Source of the DNA: Candidatus Nanosynbacter lyticus | Lineage (GTDB): Bacteria > Patescibacteriota > Saccharimonadia > Saccharimonadales > Saccharimonadaceae | Direction of reading: 5' to 3' | Assembly (NCBI RefSeq): GCF_030253515.1 | Contig: NZ_CP124549.1 | Span: forward strand, 630,001 to 662,000 | Length of the DNA: 32,000 nucleotides | Shown here: positions 7,896 through 15,332 of the stretch, one piece after another | Numbering within the stretch: the stretch's first letter is position 1 | How the letters are laid out: each line of letters begins with the position of its first letter | Translations under genes and position numbers: made by a program | The notes under the pieces: model-generated | Seen by the model: the letters and a program-made list of their open reading frames with translations, nothing else | Told to the model about the DNA's origin: nothing | Database searches by the model: none

Positions 7896-7910
7896 TTCTG
7901 ATTTGCCCCC
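7789..7910 (-). repeat. right arm of the 122-bp inverted repeat
   Basis: Reverse complement of 6943-7064 with 4 mismatches. It covers the RBS GGGGG, the start codon and the first 35 codons. Confidence 0.9.
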
Positions 7911-7939
7911 TATTTTTAGTTAGTTATTATTGTAACTTG

Positions 7940-7968
7940 ATTGTAGCAAAGCGATTATAAAAGCGCAA
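7940..7968 (-). promoter_or_regulatory. sigma70-type promoter for pilin 7470..7895 (TTGCGC-17-TACAAT with TG extension)
   Basis: The minus strand reads TTGCGC (7968-7963), a 17-nt spacer, then TGCTACAAT (7948-7940). A second TATAAT (7959-7954) lies inside the spacer. Confidence 0.6.
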
Positions 7969-8070
7969 GCATTTTATGAATAATTCCCTGATTCGGCCCC
8001 TATAGCCTGCGAAAACAGGGGGTGGTGTATCTCGCCCAGAGCGCTTAATCTCGAAACCTGCCCGAACCCA

Positions 8071-8736
8071 CTATGGACACGAGGCGCCGGCAGTGCCGTT
8101 TACAGGAACATTGATTGACTTGACGAAGCGCTGACTGGAATATTCGATATTCTGACCCGCAACCGTCTTGGTTACCCCGAGACTGACTTTAAGTGTACCG
8201 TCGTTGATCTTGCAAACATTGAAATTAAGCACCGTACTGGTATCGATGATCGTTTCGACTGCCCCGTCCAACTGCCAGATACGGTCGGTGGCGCTCGGAC
8301 ATGAGCCATCGTACATCGTCTTGCGCTTGAGTTCCGAGCCACTCTGGAAATACTCAGTGGTATAGGTCTTGGCATCAGCGATAGCAACCGCCCCCCACGC
8401 CACGCCGCAATCACTTTTTTGGATCAGGCGCCGCGTCGAACTATAGGGGTTTTCGCTGGTAGCGAGACTATGTATACGCACATACGAGGACGTTGTTCCC
8501 TCAAGCGTGGTACTGAGCCGCACATCCGCCTCAATTCGATCAAGTGCCGTTAGCACATCACTCTGTAGTTGTGACTTGGCACTGGTGACCATTGACGAGC
8601 CAGTGAGATTGATGATTAGGCCAATAATACCCGCCAGCACCAAAATAATGACTGGCGCAATCGCCAAGATCTCGATCAGCGTAAAGCCCTGGCTGTGCTG
8701 CCGTCGGTTAGAATTAGCCCGAAATGTACGTCGCAT
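8071..8736 (-). CDS. minor pilin-like protein (prepilin-type N-terminus, 221 aa)
   Basis: Start ATG 8736 lies behind GGAGGTGG. Signal MRRTFRANSNRRQHSQG|FTLIEILAI. It overlaps the upstream gene by 23 nt. Confidence 0.75.
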   Translation of the reverse strand: MRRTFRANSNRRQHSQGFTLIEILAIAPVIILVLAGIIGLIINLTGSSMVTSAKSQLQSDVLTALDRIEADVRLSTTLEGTTSSYVRIHSLATSENPYSSTRRLIQKSDCGVAWGAVAIADAKTYTTEYFQSGSELKRKTMYDGSCPSATDRIWQLDGAVETIIDTSTVLNFNVCKINDGTLKVSLGVTKTVAGQNIEYSSQRFVKSINVPVNGTAGASCP

Positions 8737-9127
8737 GCACCACCTCCTGCGCTGGCGTTCCATAAGTAATAATTACCGCAACACGAATGACCGCGATGCT
8801 GTTTGGCACTTTACAATATTCGACTCGAGCACGTACTGGATCCGGCAATGTTGGCGTGGTCGGTGGTGTCACGTGTTCAGTCTTGACCGCACCGCTGCCA
8901 CAAACCTCAGATACTGTTTTATACAAGCCACGTTCACGTAGGATGCCGTAGCCGAGATTGGCAGCTTCTGAGGTGCGGCGAGCCTCGGTATTACGTGCCA
9001 ATACCGCCCCGTACAGCTGGTAGCCACTCATTAAAAAGATCCCGGCAATAATCAAGGTGATCATCAGTTCGACAACGGTGAAACCGCCCGCATGCTTTAG
9101 AGACGTTTGCTGTTGAGTACTTGCCAT
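8714..9127 (-). CDS. minor pilin-like protein (137 aa)
   Basis: ATG 9127 lies behind AAAGGAG. Signal ...KHAGG|FTVVELMITLIIAG. It overlaps the upstream gene by 31 nt. Confidence 0.75.
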   Translation of the reverse strand: MASTQQQTSLKHAGGFTVVELMITLIIAGIFLMSGYQLYGAVLARNTEARRTSEAANLGYGILRERGLYKTVSEVCGSGAVKTEHVTPPTTPTLPDPVRARVEYCKVPNSIAVIRVAVIITYGTPAQEVVHATYISG

Positions 9128-9684
9128 TTACCCGGCTCCTTTGTTTCTAAATGATAAAAAATCGTATAGCGCCGACAAGCCGCGCCCGCCTCATCACATA
9201 CACCATCCTTAGCGCCGGCAACGTAGATGTACGCACCATTTGGATAGTTAGTGATCTTGGTGTTTTCGTAATCATCTTTTTTGGCAAGCAGCTGACCCAC
9301 GTTAGCGATCGGATTGACACCGAATGTACCGTTAATCGCCGAAATGAGGCGTTCTCGATCCAGTGGACCAGTCTTGGCGGCACCACCCAGTTCGTCAAAC
9401 GCCGCCGCAAACTGCGCCGCAGTCATCTTGCCAGCGCCGCTAGCCCCGGAAACGTACGCTGGGTAGCCGCCGGCAGGCTTGATGACGTTACCGGCGCTGT
9501 CACGAATTTCCCGCGGATAGACGCTCTCGAGGTAGTTCTGCAAGGCCAGCACATCAGCCTCACGCTCCTTATCGCGTGCCGCCGCCTGATAATTACGAAA
9601 ACTCAATGTCGCGAGCACCAGCAAAATCGCCATGACGGCAATAGCAATGATCAGCTCGACTAGCGTAAACCCCCGTCCCTTCAT
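9097..9684 (-). CDS. minor pilin-like protein (195 aa), first gene of a three-gene pilin operon
   Basis: ORF 9097..9735 trimmed to ATG 9684. Signal MKGRG|FTLVELIIAIAVMAILLV. Confidence 0.75.
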   Translation of the reverse strand: MKGRGFTLVELIIAIAVMAILLVLATLSFRNYQAAARDKEREADVLALQNYLESVYPREIRDSAGNVIKPAGGYPAYVSGASGAGKMTAAQFAAAFDELGGAAKTGPLDRERLISAINGTFGVNPIANVGQLLAKKDDYENTKITNYPNGAYIYVAGAKDGVCDEAGAACRRYTIFYHLETKEPGKWQVLNSKRL

Positions 9685-9690
9685 ACCCCC

Positions 9691-9719
9691 ATCATACTCG
9701 GAAATATGCATAAGCGCAA
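9691..9719 (-). promoter_or_regulatory. promoter of the minor-pilin operon (TTGCGC-17-TATGAT), leaderless geometry
   Basis: The minus strand reads TTGCGC (9719-9714), a 17-nt spacer, TATGAT (9696-9691), then 6 nt (GGGGGT) before ATG 9684. Confidence 0.5.
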
Positions 9720-9731
9720 GCGTTTTGGCAC

Positions 9732-10751
9732 TCAAATTTCTAACGGTTCTTGCTGGATCTGGATGTGGAACTTATCGTAGACTGCCTGGATAATGGCGTC
9801 ACGTGCCGCCGCCAGATCGTGATAGCTAGTCGCCGACTCATTGATCAGTACCAGTGCGTTCTTGTCGTGCACCCGCATACCGTGTAGCAGTGCCCCCTTG
9901 AGTCCAGCCTGTTCAATCAGCCAGCCCGTCGGCACCTTGTGTCGGCCATCCGGCATGTCATAGCATGGGACATCTGGATACTGTTCACGAAGTTCGCTTA
10001 GCTGCCATGATTCAATCAGTGCGTTCTTGAAGAATGAACCAGCATTAGGCCGCTCAGTCGGATCAGGTAACTTATCAAACCGAATTGCCATCACCGCGTC
10101 GCGGATCACCTGCGGCGTAAAGGTCGTGATGTTCATGTCGGTCAAATACCGCTGTAAGCCGGCATAGAACGGCGGTTTTGGCGCTGCGTGATGGAGCTTG
10201 ATGATAATCGAGAGAATGCAGTAGCGGCCGCTCGCTTCACCGCGAAAAATACTATGCCGATACGAAAACCCGCACTCCGCTGCGTCTAAGGTCACCACCC
10301 GGTCAGCCAGCGAATCGTACGCCTCTAGCTCAGTGAGCACATCAGCAACTTCCTGGCCATACGCCCCGACATTTTGCACCGGCGCAGCGCCGGCTGTACC
10401 AGGGATGGCCGACATCGCCTCAATGCCGCTCAGGCCCATGGCCACCGTACGCTTAACCACCTCGTCCCATATTTCACCCGCACCAACCTTGATCGTTGCT
10501 GTCTGGCCATCATCAGTCAGCACTGCAAATCCCTTGATCCGATTGAGCAACACCGCCCCCTCAAACCCTTCATCGCGAGCGATGACATTACTACCGCCAC
10601 CCAAGACAAAAATTGGGATACCCTGCACCTTGGCACTGTTATATAGCTCTCTAACCTCATTCACCGACGTCGCCGATGCCATAAAGCGTGCTGTGCCGCC
10701 GAGGCGCATCGTCGTATATTGTTGCAACGGAATCTCTGTTCGTATCTCCAT
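9732..10751 (-). CDS. murB: UDP-N-acetylenolpyruvoylglucosamine reductase
   Basis: ORF 9732..10811 trimmed to ATG 10751 (MEIRTEIPLQQYTTMRLGG), because the longer form would run into the tRNA promoter. FAD-binding PCMH domain (VLGGGSNV) and SYRHS motif are present. Confidence 0.9.
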   Translation of the reverse strand: MEIRTEIPLQQYTTMRLGGTARFMASATSVNEVRELYNSAKVQGIPIFVLGGGSNVIARDEGFEGAVLLNRIKGFAVLTDDGQTATIKVGAGEIWDEVVKRTVAMGLSGIEAMSAIPGTAGAAPVQNVGAYGQEVADVLTELEAYDSLADRVVTLDAAECGFSYRHSIFRGEASGRYCILSIIIKLHHAAPKPPFYAGLQRYLTDMNITTFTPQVIRDAVMAIRFDKLPDPTERPNAGSFFKNALIESWQLSELREQYPDVPCYDMPDGRHKVPTGWLIEQAGLKGALLHGMRVHDKNALVLINESATSYHDLAAARDAIIQAVYDKFHIQIQQEPLEI

Positions 10752-10758
10752 GTGATCC

Positions 10759-10767
10759 ATTATATCA
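10759..10767 (-). promoter_or_regulatory. extended -10 promoter (TGATATAAT) for leaderless murB
   Basis: The minus strand reads TGATATAAT, then 7 nt (ggatcac), then ATG 10751. Confidence 0.55.
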
Positions 10768-10788
10768 TTTCTATTTAGGCACGGTGCG

Positions 10789-10797
10789 TGGTATAAT
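10789..10797 (+). promoter_or_regulatory. extended -10 promoter (TGGTATAAT) for the tRNA-Arg pair
   Basis: TGGTATAAT ends 10 nt before the tRNA 5' end. It is divergent from the murB promoter. Confidence 0.55.
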
Positions 10798-10807
10798 ACC
10801 CTCGTGT

Positions 10808-10884
10808 GCACCCGTAGCTCAGCGGATTAGAGTACTTGGCTTCGAACCAAGGGGTCGCAAGTTCGAATCTTGCCGGGTGTACCA
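10808..10884 (+). tRNA. tRNA-Arg(TCG)
   Basis: Acceptor GCACCCG/CGGGTGT (G1-U72 wobble), anticodon stem CTTGG/CCAAG, loop CTTCGAA, T-loop TTCGAAT, encoded CCA. Confidence 0.88.
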
Positions 10885-10934
10885 TGAACTCCGCGCTATT
10901 CCTACCGGACCTTTTCCTATCAGCGCGTTAGTAT

Positions 10935-11011
10935 GCCCCGTTAGCTCAACTGGATAGAGCGTTGGTTTCCGGTACCAAAGGTTGCAGGTTCGATTCCTGT
11001 GCGGGGTACCA
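10935..11011 (+). tRNA. tRNA-Arg(CCG)
   Basis: Acceptor GCCCCGT/GCGGGGT, anticodon stem TTGGT/ACCAA, loop TTCCGGT, T-loop TTCGATT, encoded CCA. Confidence 0.88.
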
Positions 11012-11016
11012 CTATA

Positions 11017-12390
11017 CTAGACGATACCCTGGTCGATAACGGGGTATTTTTGTTGGAATTCCTCAGTTGTTGGCAATGTCAACTTGCCGTCTGTCATGAC
11101 TTTGATTTTACCTTGAAAATGATCATATGCCTCATATACCGATAGGCTAGAGGTTATCATCCGCGGTAATTTATGGATGAAGTCCATTGCCCATATTATT
11201 GCTGGTGTATAGACGCCTTGTTCGCCTCCACTAAAACCTATCAGCGTTTCTCCGCTCAGAGACCGCATCAACTCATCATGAAATACTTTCGCTGATTGAC
11301 ACTTAATTTCTTCTTCGGTAACGGTCGTGAGGCGCTCTATCGTGGCATCAAACTCGCGCCGCGATTGTCGTTGCTGTTCTTCCCGCTCTAGTCGGTCGTG
11401 TGTCTCTTTCACACCATCGAACAGCTGCAAGAAACAGTCCGCCAAATATTCATCAGTATGACTCTCACGCGCGTCCAATTGACCATCGTTAGTTTTTATG
11501 CCCATGCTAGTACGAACTTCCAGTGCGGCTCGCTCACGCTGTATTGCGTCATACTCTTGTTGGCACTCTTGGCACTTCTTGGCAAACATAAGGGCGTCCG
11601 AGTTATATCGCGGATCTCTAAATATAAACCGAATAATATCATTGATAGTTATTATCTGTGCATCAAATCTAAAGTTAGGGTCGACTCTGCTCGTCTCCCA
11701 AAACCACTGCAGACTAGATACCACCGGTGACGGCTTGCTCGCTCGCGCCTTGTCAATAAGGTCGAGGTTAATGGTAATGTTGTCGGGGCATTCATGTATT
11801 ACCCGACTAAGTTGTTCTACCTGCCCCTCAAGCCATTTTCTTTCAGTCAGTCGAAAGCCAATCGACCCAACCGCACCACCCACAACAGTCCCAGCTGTCG
11901 TCAGAAATGGCTCGCCAGAACCTAGCCATGACATACCTCCACCAGCGACAAAGCCGCCAAGTCCGAGAGTACCCATATCCCGTAGTGTTAGCCTAGTATG
12001 TCGATCTTCCCGAGCTATATCTTCAAGTTGCTCGACGATATTCACGAGCATAGGATCTTGGCATATGGTAACAAAGCCCTGGCTGGAGATGCGGCCGTTA
12101 TATTCAACCCTCTCAGACCCGGGGAGATCAAGAAAACACCCCCCTACAATTACCCCGTCCGCGATAACAAAACAGGAGTCCTGCACCTCTCTTGAAAGCT
12201 TCGGGTCAACCAATTCTCCATCCTCTAGCACCTTAATAGGTGTTAATATCTCCACGCTCCCTCGCGGTATGGCACGACGTGTCCGCTGGGTTAGTTGCCC
12301 ACTTTCATCAATAAAACCACCCTCCACAAGCCCCTCAATTGAATGAGGTGACTGCTTTTTAATCTCATTTCCACGACCGGGAAACTCCAT
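11017..12390 (-). CDS. hypothetical 457-aa protein with a central glycine-zipper hydrophobic segment and a C-terminal charged/coiled region
   Basis: ORF 11017..12810 trimmed to ATG 12390, because the upstream part overlaps the Clp gene and the promoter. Central segment: GTLGLGGFVAGGGMSWLGSGEPFLTTAGTVVGGAVGSIGF. No family recognised. It looks AT-richer than its neighbours. Confidence 0.7.
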   Translation of the reverse strand: MEFPGRGNEIKKQSPHSIEGLVEGGFIDESGQLTQRTRRAIPRGSVEILTPIKVLEDGELVDPKLSREVQDSCFVIADGVIVGGCFLDLPGSERVEYNGRISSQGFVTICQDPMLVNIVEQLEDIAREDRHTRLTLRDMGTLGLGGFVAGGGMSWLGSGEPFLTTAGTVVGGAVGSIGFRLTERKWLEGQVEQLSRVIHECPDNITINLDLIDKARASKPSPVVSSLQWFWETSRVDPNFRFDAQIITINDIIRFIFRDPRYNSDALMFAKKCQECQQEYDAIQRERAALEVRTSMGIKTNDGQLDARESHTDEYLADCFLQLFDGVKETHDRLEREEQQRQSRREFDATIERLTTVTEEEIKCQSAKVFHDELMRSLSGETLIGFSGGEQGVYTPAIIWAMDFIHKLPRMITSSLSVYEAYDHFQGKIKVMTDGKLTLPTTEEFQQKYPVIDQGIV

Positions 12391-12411
12391 ACTACTCTTA
12401 GCCACGTAGCT

Positions 12412-12440
12412 ATTATACAATAATACAAATATACTTGCAA
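12412..12440 (-). promoter_or_regulatory. near-consensus sigma70 promoter (TTGCAA-17-TGTATAAT)
   Basis: The minus strand reads TTGCAA (12440-12435), a 17-nt spacer ending in TG, then TATAAT (12417-12412). It lies in the 52-bp gap after the Clp stop codon. Confidence 0.65.
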
Positions 12441-12442
12441 CC

Positions 12443-14911
12443 CTACTGTTCAAGCGACATCGGTGGCGCGCCCGGGCCTGGGGACACCATACTGCTACCA
12501 TTAGCCGCCTCGCCGACCACCGCTCGTATCTGCTCCGCCGTGATAATCGTCGTTGAGCCCGGCGCGACGGTGCCAGCCAACAATTGTTTAGCGACGGTAT
12601 TCTCGACGGCTCGCTGCACCACGCGGCGCATCGGACGAGCACCGAGGCGCGGGTCGTAGCCAGCATCGACCAGTAATTTTTTACCCGCCTCTTCGACAGT
12701 GACTTGGATTTTTTGTGGCGCCAGCGTTCGATTGATACCAGCCAAAATGAGATCAACGACCTGTAGCAGCTCTTCTTTACCCAAGGGACGAAATAGCACG
12801 ATTTCATCAAAGCGGTTCAAGAATTCCGGACGAAATAGATTGGTATTAATCAGCTCGTTGATAAATGTTTGTTCAAACTGCTCCAGTTGGTAGCCACGCT
12901 CGATGTATTCGCGAATTCTCTCAGCACCAGCATTTGACGTGGCGATGACGATGGCGTCACGAAAACTAATGTCGCGGTTTTTCTCGTCGCGTAAAATTCC
13001 CTCGTCCAGTAACTGCAAAAGCGTCGTGAGCACCTGTGGATGAGCCTTTTCAATTTCATCAAGCAGTACCACCGAGAATGGTCGCTTCTGCACCTGGGCG
13101 GTCAGACTCATCGGATCATTCGCCCCATCAGCGATCAGCCGCGCCACGTCCTCGGCCCGGACAAACTCGTTGAGATCCAGCCGGATGAGGTTGCCCTCGC
13201 CACCAAAGTAGATATCCGCCAGCGCTTTGGACAGCTCAGTTTTACCGACACCAGTTGGGCCAAGGAACAGAAACGTACCAATCGGCCGATCAGGATTGCG
13301 CACACCGGCGCGCGCTCGCCGAATCGCATCAGAGATGACGCTAACGGCACGCGTTTGATTGATCATCCGTTGATGGATCAGGTCTTCGAGGTTCAAAAGC
13401 TTCTCTCGTTCATCGTCAGTCGAGGCGGTCGCGATCTTGATGCCCATGGTTTTTTCGACCGCGTCATCAACCGACTGGGCCGTCACCAGACCGGACGACG
13501 CATAGTGGGCTGCCGCCTCCAGCACCTTGAGCGCCCGACCTGGCATCGCCACGTCTTGGACGTAGCGCTCGCCGACACGGTAGGCTTCGGCGATGGCTTG
13601 ATACATGTAGGTCACTTTATGGCGATGTTCAAGACCAAGCAGCTGATCGCGCATAATCCGCACCGTCTCCTCAGGTGATGACGGCTCGATAACGATGGTA
13701 TTGAGCGCCGTCGCCAGCTGGGCATTGCGCTGAGAAATCTGCAAGTAGCGCTGACTATCCATGGTGAGGATAATCCGCAGCCTGCCCGCCTCCAGAATCG
13801 GCAGTAGCAAATTACTCAGATCAACCGAACCGACACCCTCCTCGAAAAACAGCTGGGCATTATCGAGGCACAGAATCACATTCTTTGATAAAAATGCTTC
13901 GTTGAGAATCTGCGTCACCAGTCCTTCCAGCTCGCCCCGACCGGCTGCCGCCGAGATCAACGACGAGGCGTCCAAGAGGAAAATCTGCCGATAGAGCAGT
14001 GATGACGGCACGGTTTTGTGCCCATCGATGAGCATCTCGGCAAACGCCGCCACGACCGTACTTTTGCCAGCCCCATCGAGCCCGACCAGCACTGCATTCT
14101 GTCGGCCGTTCGAGCCAAAAATTGTCATTAGCTGCTCCAGCGCTGCCTGATGAGCGTCTAGCTGCGCGATCATCGTCCCGCCCGATACCTGCAGGCTGAG
14201 GTTCTGGGCAAACCGGCTCAAGAGCGGCGTATAGCCAAACGACCAATCACGAGCGATACCACCGGTGTGAAGCGGCTTTTGCTTGAACTGCTCGATCAAC
14301 GACTTGAGGCGCTCATACCACATAATGCCACCCAGCACATCACGAAAATCAATTTTTAGATTTGCTAGCAGAGCGTCATGATTCGGAAATTGCTCAACAA
14401 TCGCTGCTGCTAACACCGCACCCGTTACTTTTGGACTATTGGTGTCACGCCAAATTCGCAGTGCTGACTGCCACAAAGCTGCTGTATCATTTGGATTATC
14501 TGAGGCAATATTTGTTAAAAAGTTCGGCGTGAGGCCCAGCCGCACTCCGAGGAATTGCCCGGCCCGCGACTGACCAACCGCCAGCGCGATCTCTTTTGGC
14601 GTCGGTCGCTGACTCAGGCGGCCCAGCACATCCGCTGCCATCACATCATCAATCGTCTCCGCTCGCGGACTCACCGCCATCGTCTTGAGATCGCCCTGCC
14701 ACCACACGCTGAGCATCGCTAGCGGCCCCACCAGACCAATCATCAACCAGCCAATCGGCCCGTGCTTGATCAATAGCCAAACGCCGCCCAGACCCAATGC
14801 AACAGCGACGAGCACCACCAACACATGCCAAACCGTACCAAACCGCGCCGTGAACCGCGCCTTTTGCGCCCGCAGGCTGTGATAGCGAAACTCTGGCCGC
14901 ACCTCGTTCAC
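12443..14911 (-). CDS. membrane-anchored two-ring Clp/Hsp100-family AAA+ ATPase (822 aa)
   Basis: The start is taken as GTG 14911, which overlaps the upstream TGA (GTGA) and lies behind GGGGG. Two N-terminal TM helices: VWHVLVVLVAVALGLGGVWLLI and IGWLMIGLVGPLAMLSVWW. D1 has Walker A GLDGAGKST and Walker B ILCLDNA (DN instead of DE). D2 has GPTGVGKTE, VVLLDEIEKAH and RPEFLNRFDEIVLF. I see no long M-domain and no IGF/L loop. Confidence 0.85.
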   Translation of the reverse strand: MNEVRPEFRYHSLRAQKARFTARFGTVWHVLVVLVAVALGLGGVWLLIKHGPIGWLMIGLVGPLAMLSVWWQGDLKTMAVSPRAETIDDVMAADVLGRLSQRPTPKEIALAVGQSRAGQFLGVRLGLTPNFLTNIASDNPNDTAALWQSALRIWRDTNSPKVTGAVLAAAIVEQFPNHDALLANLKIDFRDVLGGIMWYERLKSLIEQFKQKPLHTGGIARDWSFGYTPLLSRFAQNLSLQVSGGTMIAQLDAHQAALEQLMTIFGSNGRQNAVLVGLDGAGKSTVVAAFAEMLIDGHKTVPSSLLYRQIFLLDASSLISAAAGRGELEGLVTQILNEAFLSKNVILCLDNAQLFFEEGVGSVDLSNLLLPILEAGRLRIILTMDSQRYLQISQRNAQLATALNTIVIEPSSPEETVRIMRDQLLGLEHRHKVTYMYQAIAEAYRVGERYVQDVAMPGRALKVLEAAAHYASSGLVTAQSVDDAVEKTMGIKIATASTDDEREKLLNLEDLIHQRMINQTRAVSVISDAIRRARAGVRNPDRPIGTFLFLGPTGVGKTELSKALADIYFGGEGNLIRLDLNEFVRAEDVARLIADGANDPMSLTAQVQKRPFSVVLLDEIEKAHPQVLTTLLQLLDEGILRDEKNRDISFRDAIVIATSNAGAERIREYIERGYQLEQFEQTFINELINTNLFRPEFLNRFDEIVLFRPLGKEELLQVVDLILAGINRTLAPQKIQVTVEEAGKKLLVDAGYDPRLGARPMRRVVQRAVENTVAKQLLAGTVAPGSTTIITAEQIRAVVGEAANGSSMVSPGPGAPPMSLEQ

Positions 14912-15288
14912 GCCAAAACCCCCATCTGCCACAAGATAATTCCCACCACCGGCGTCAAGGGTAGTAGCGCCCAGACAACGATACTGCCGACCGCCCACAC
15001 CGCCCGCAGGCTGATAACTACCAGCCCCGCAAACAGCACCAGAAGCCGCACCACCGCACCAACTGCCCGCGAGAACAGCCGGTCGAAAAAGGCCTGCATC
15101 TTGACAGCAAGCGGCGCCTGAGCACGAACTTGCCCTGCGGAAATTTGGCGAAATGGATCGAACAGCGTCCGCACCAACAAACCGATTGAGAAAAAATCGG
15201 CCGTCCGCAGCACACCGAGACCAACGCGCTGCATATGCCGCCGCCAGCCTGCGCCATACCACCACTGGAAAATACCCACCAAAAACAT
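14908..15288 (-). CDS. small integral membrane protein (126 aa), translationally coupled to the AAA+ gene
   Basis: ORF 14908..15339 trimmed to ATG 15288 (MFLVGIFQWWYGAGW). It has hydrophobic helices at the N- and C-termini. Its reading frame looks far more protein-like than the overlapping N-terminal extension of the Clp ORF. Confidence 0.7.
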   Translation of the reverse strand: MFLVGIFQWWYGAGWRRHMQRVGLGVLRTADFFSIGLLVRTLFDPFRQISAGQVRAQAPLAVKMQAFFDRLFSRAVGAVVRLLVLFAGLVVISLRAVWAVGSIVVWALLPLTPVVGIILWQMGVLA

Positions 15289-15294
15289 AGTTCT

Positions 15295-15303
15295 ATTGTA
15301 GCA
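15295..15303 (-). promoter_or_regulatory. extended -10 promoter (TGCTACAAT), leaderless geometry
   Basis: The minus strand reads TGCTACAAT, then 6 nt (agaact), then ATG 15288. Confidence 0.55.
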
Positions 15304-15319
15304 CACTGCTTGGGCGCGG

Positions 15320-15325
15320 TATAAT
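15320..15325 (+). promoter_or_regulatory. -10 box (TATAAT) for leaderless murT-gatD
   Basis: TATAAT, then 7 nt (accaaat), then ATG 15333. It is divergent from the 15295-15303 box within a 44-bp intergenic region. Confidence 0.5.
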
Positions 15326-15332
15326 ACCAAAT

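Noticed and set aside
12391-12810. The upstream 140 codons of track ORF 11017..12810.
   Set aside because: This part overlaps the conserved C-terminus of the Clp ATPase in another frame and spans a near-consensus promoter. ATG 12390 is the first start downstream of that promoter.
14912-15265. The N-terminal 118-codon extension of the Clp ORF (track ORF 12443..15265).
   Set aside because: The extension is Arg/Ala/Gly/Cys-rich junk-like sequence. The overlapping frame encodes a convincing membrane protein with a -10 box 6 nt from its ATG. A GTG start with GTGA stop-start overlap and an upstream GGGGG explains the Clp gene better.
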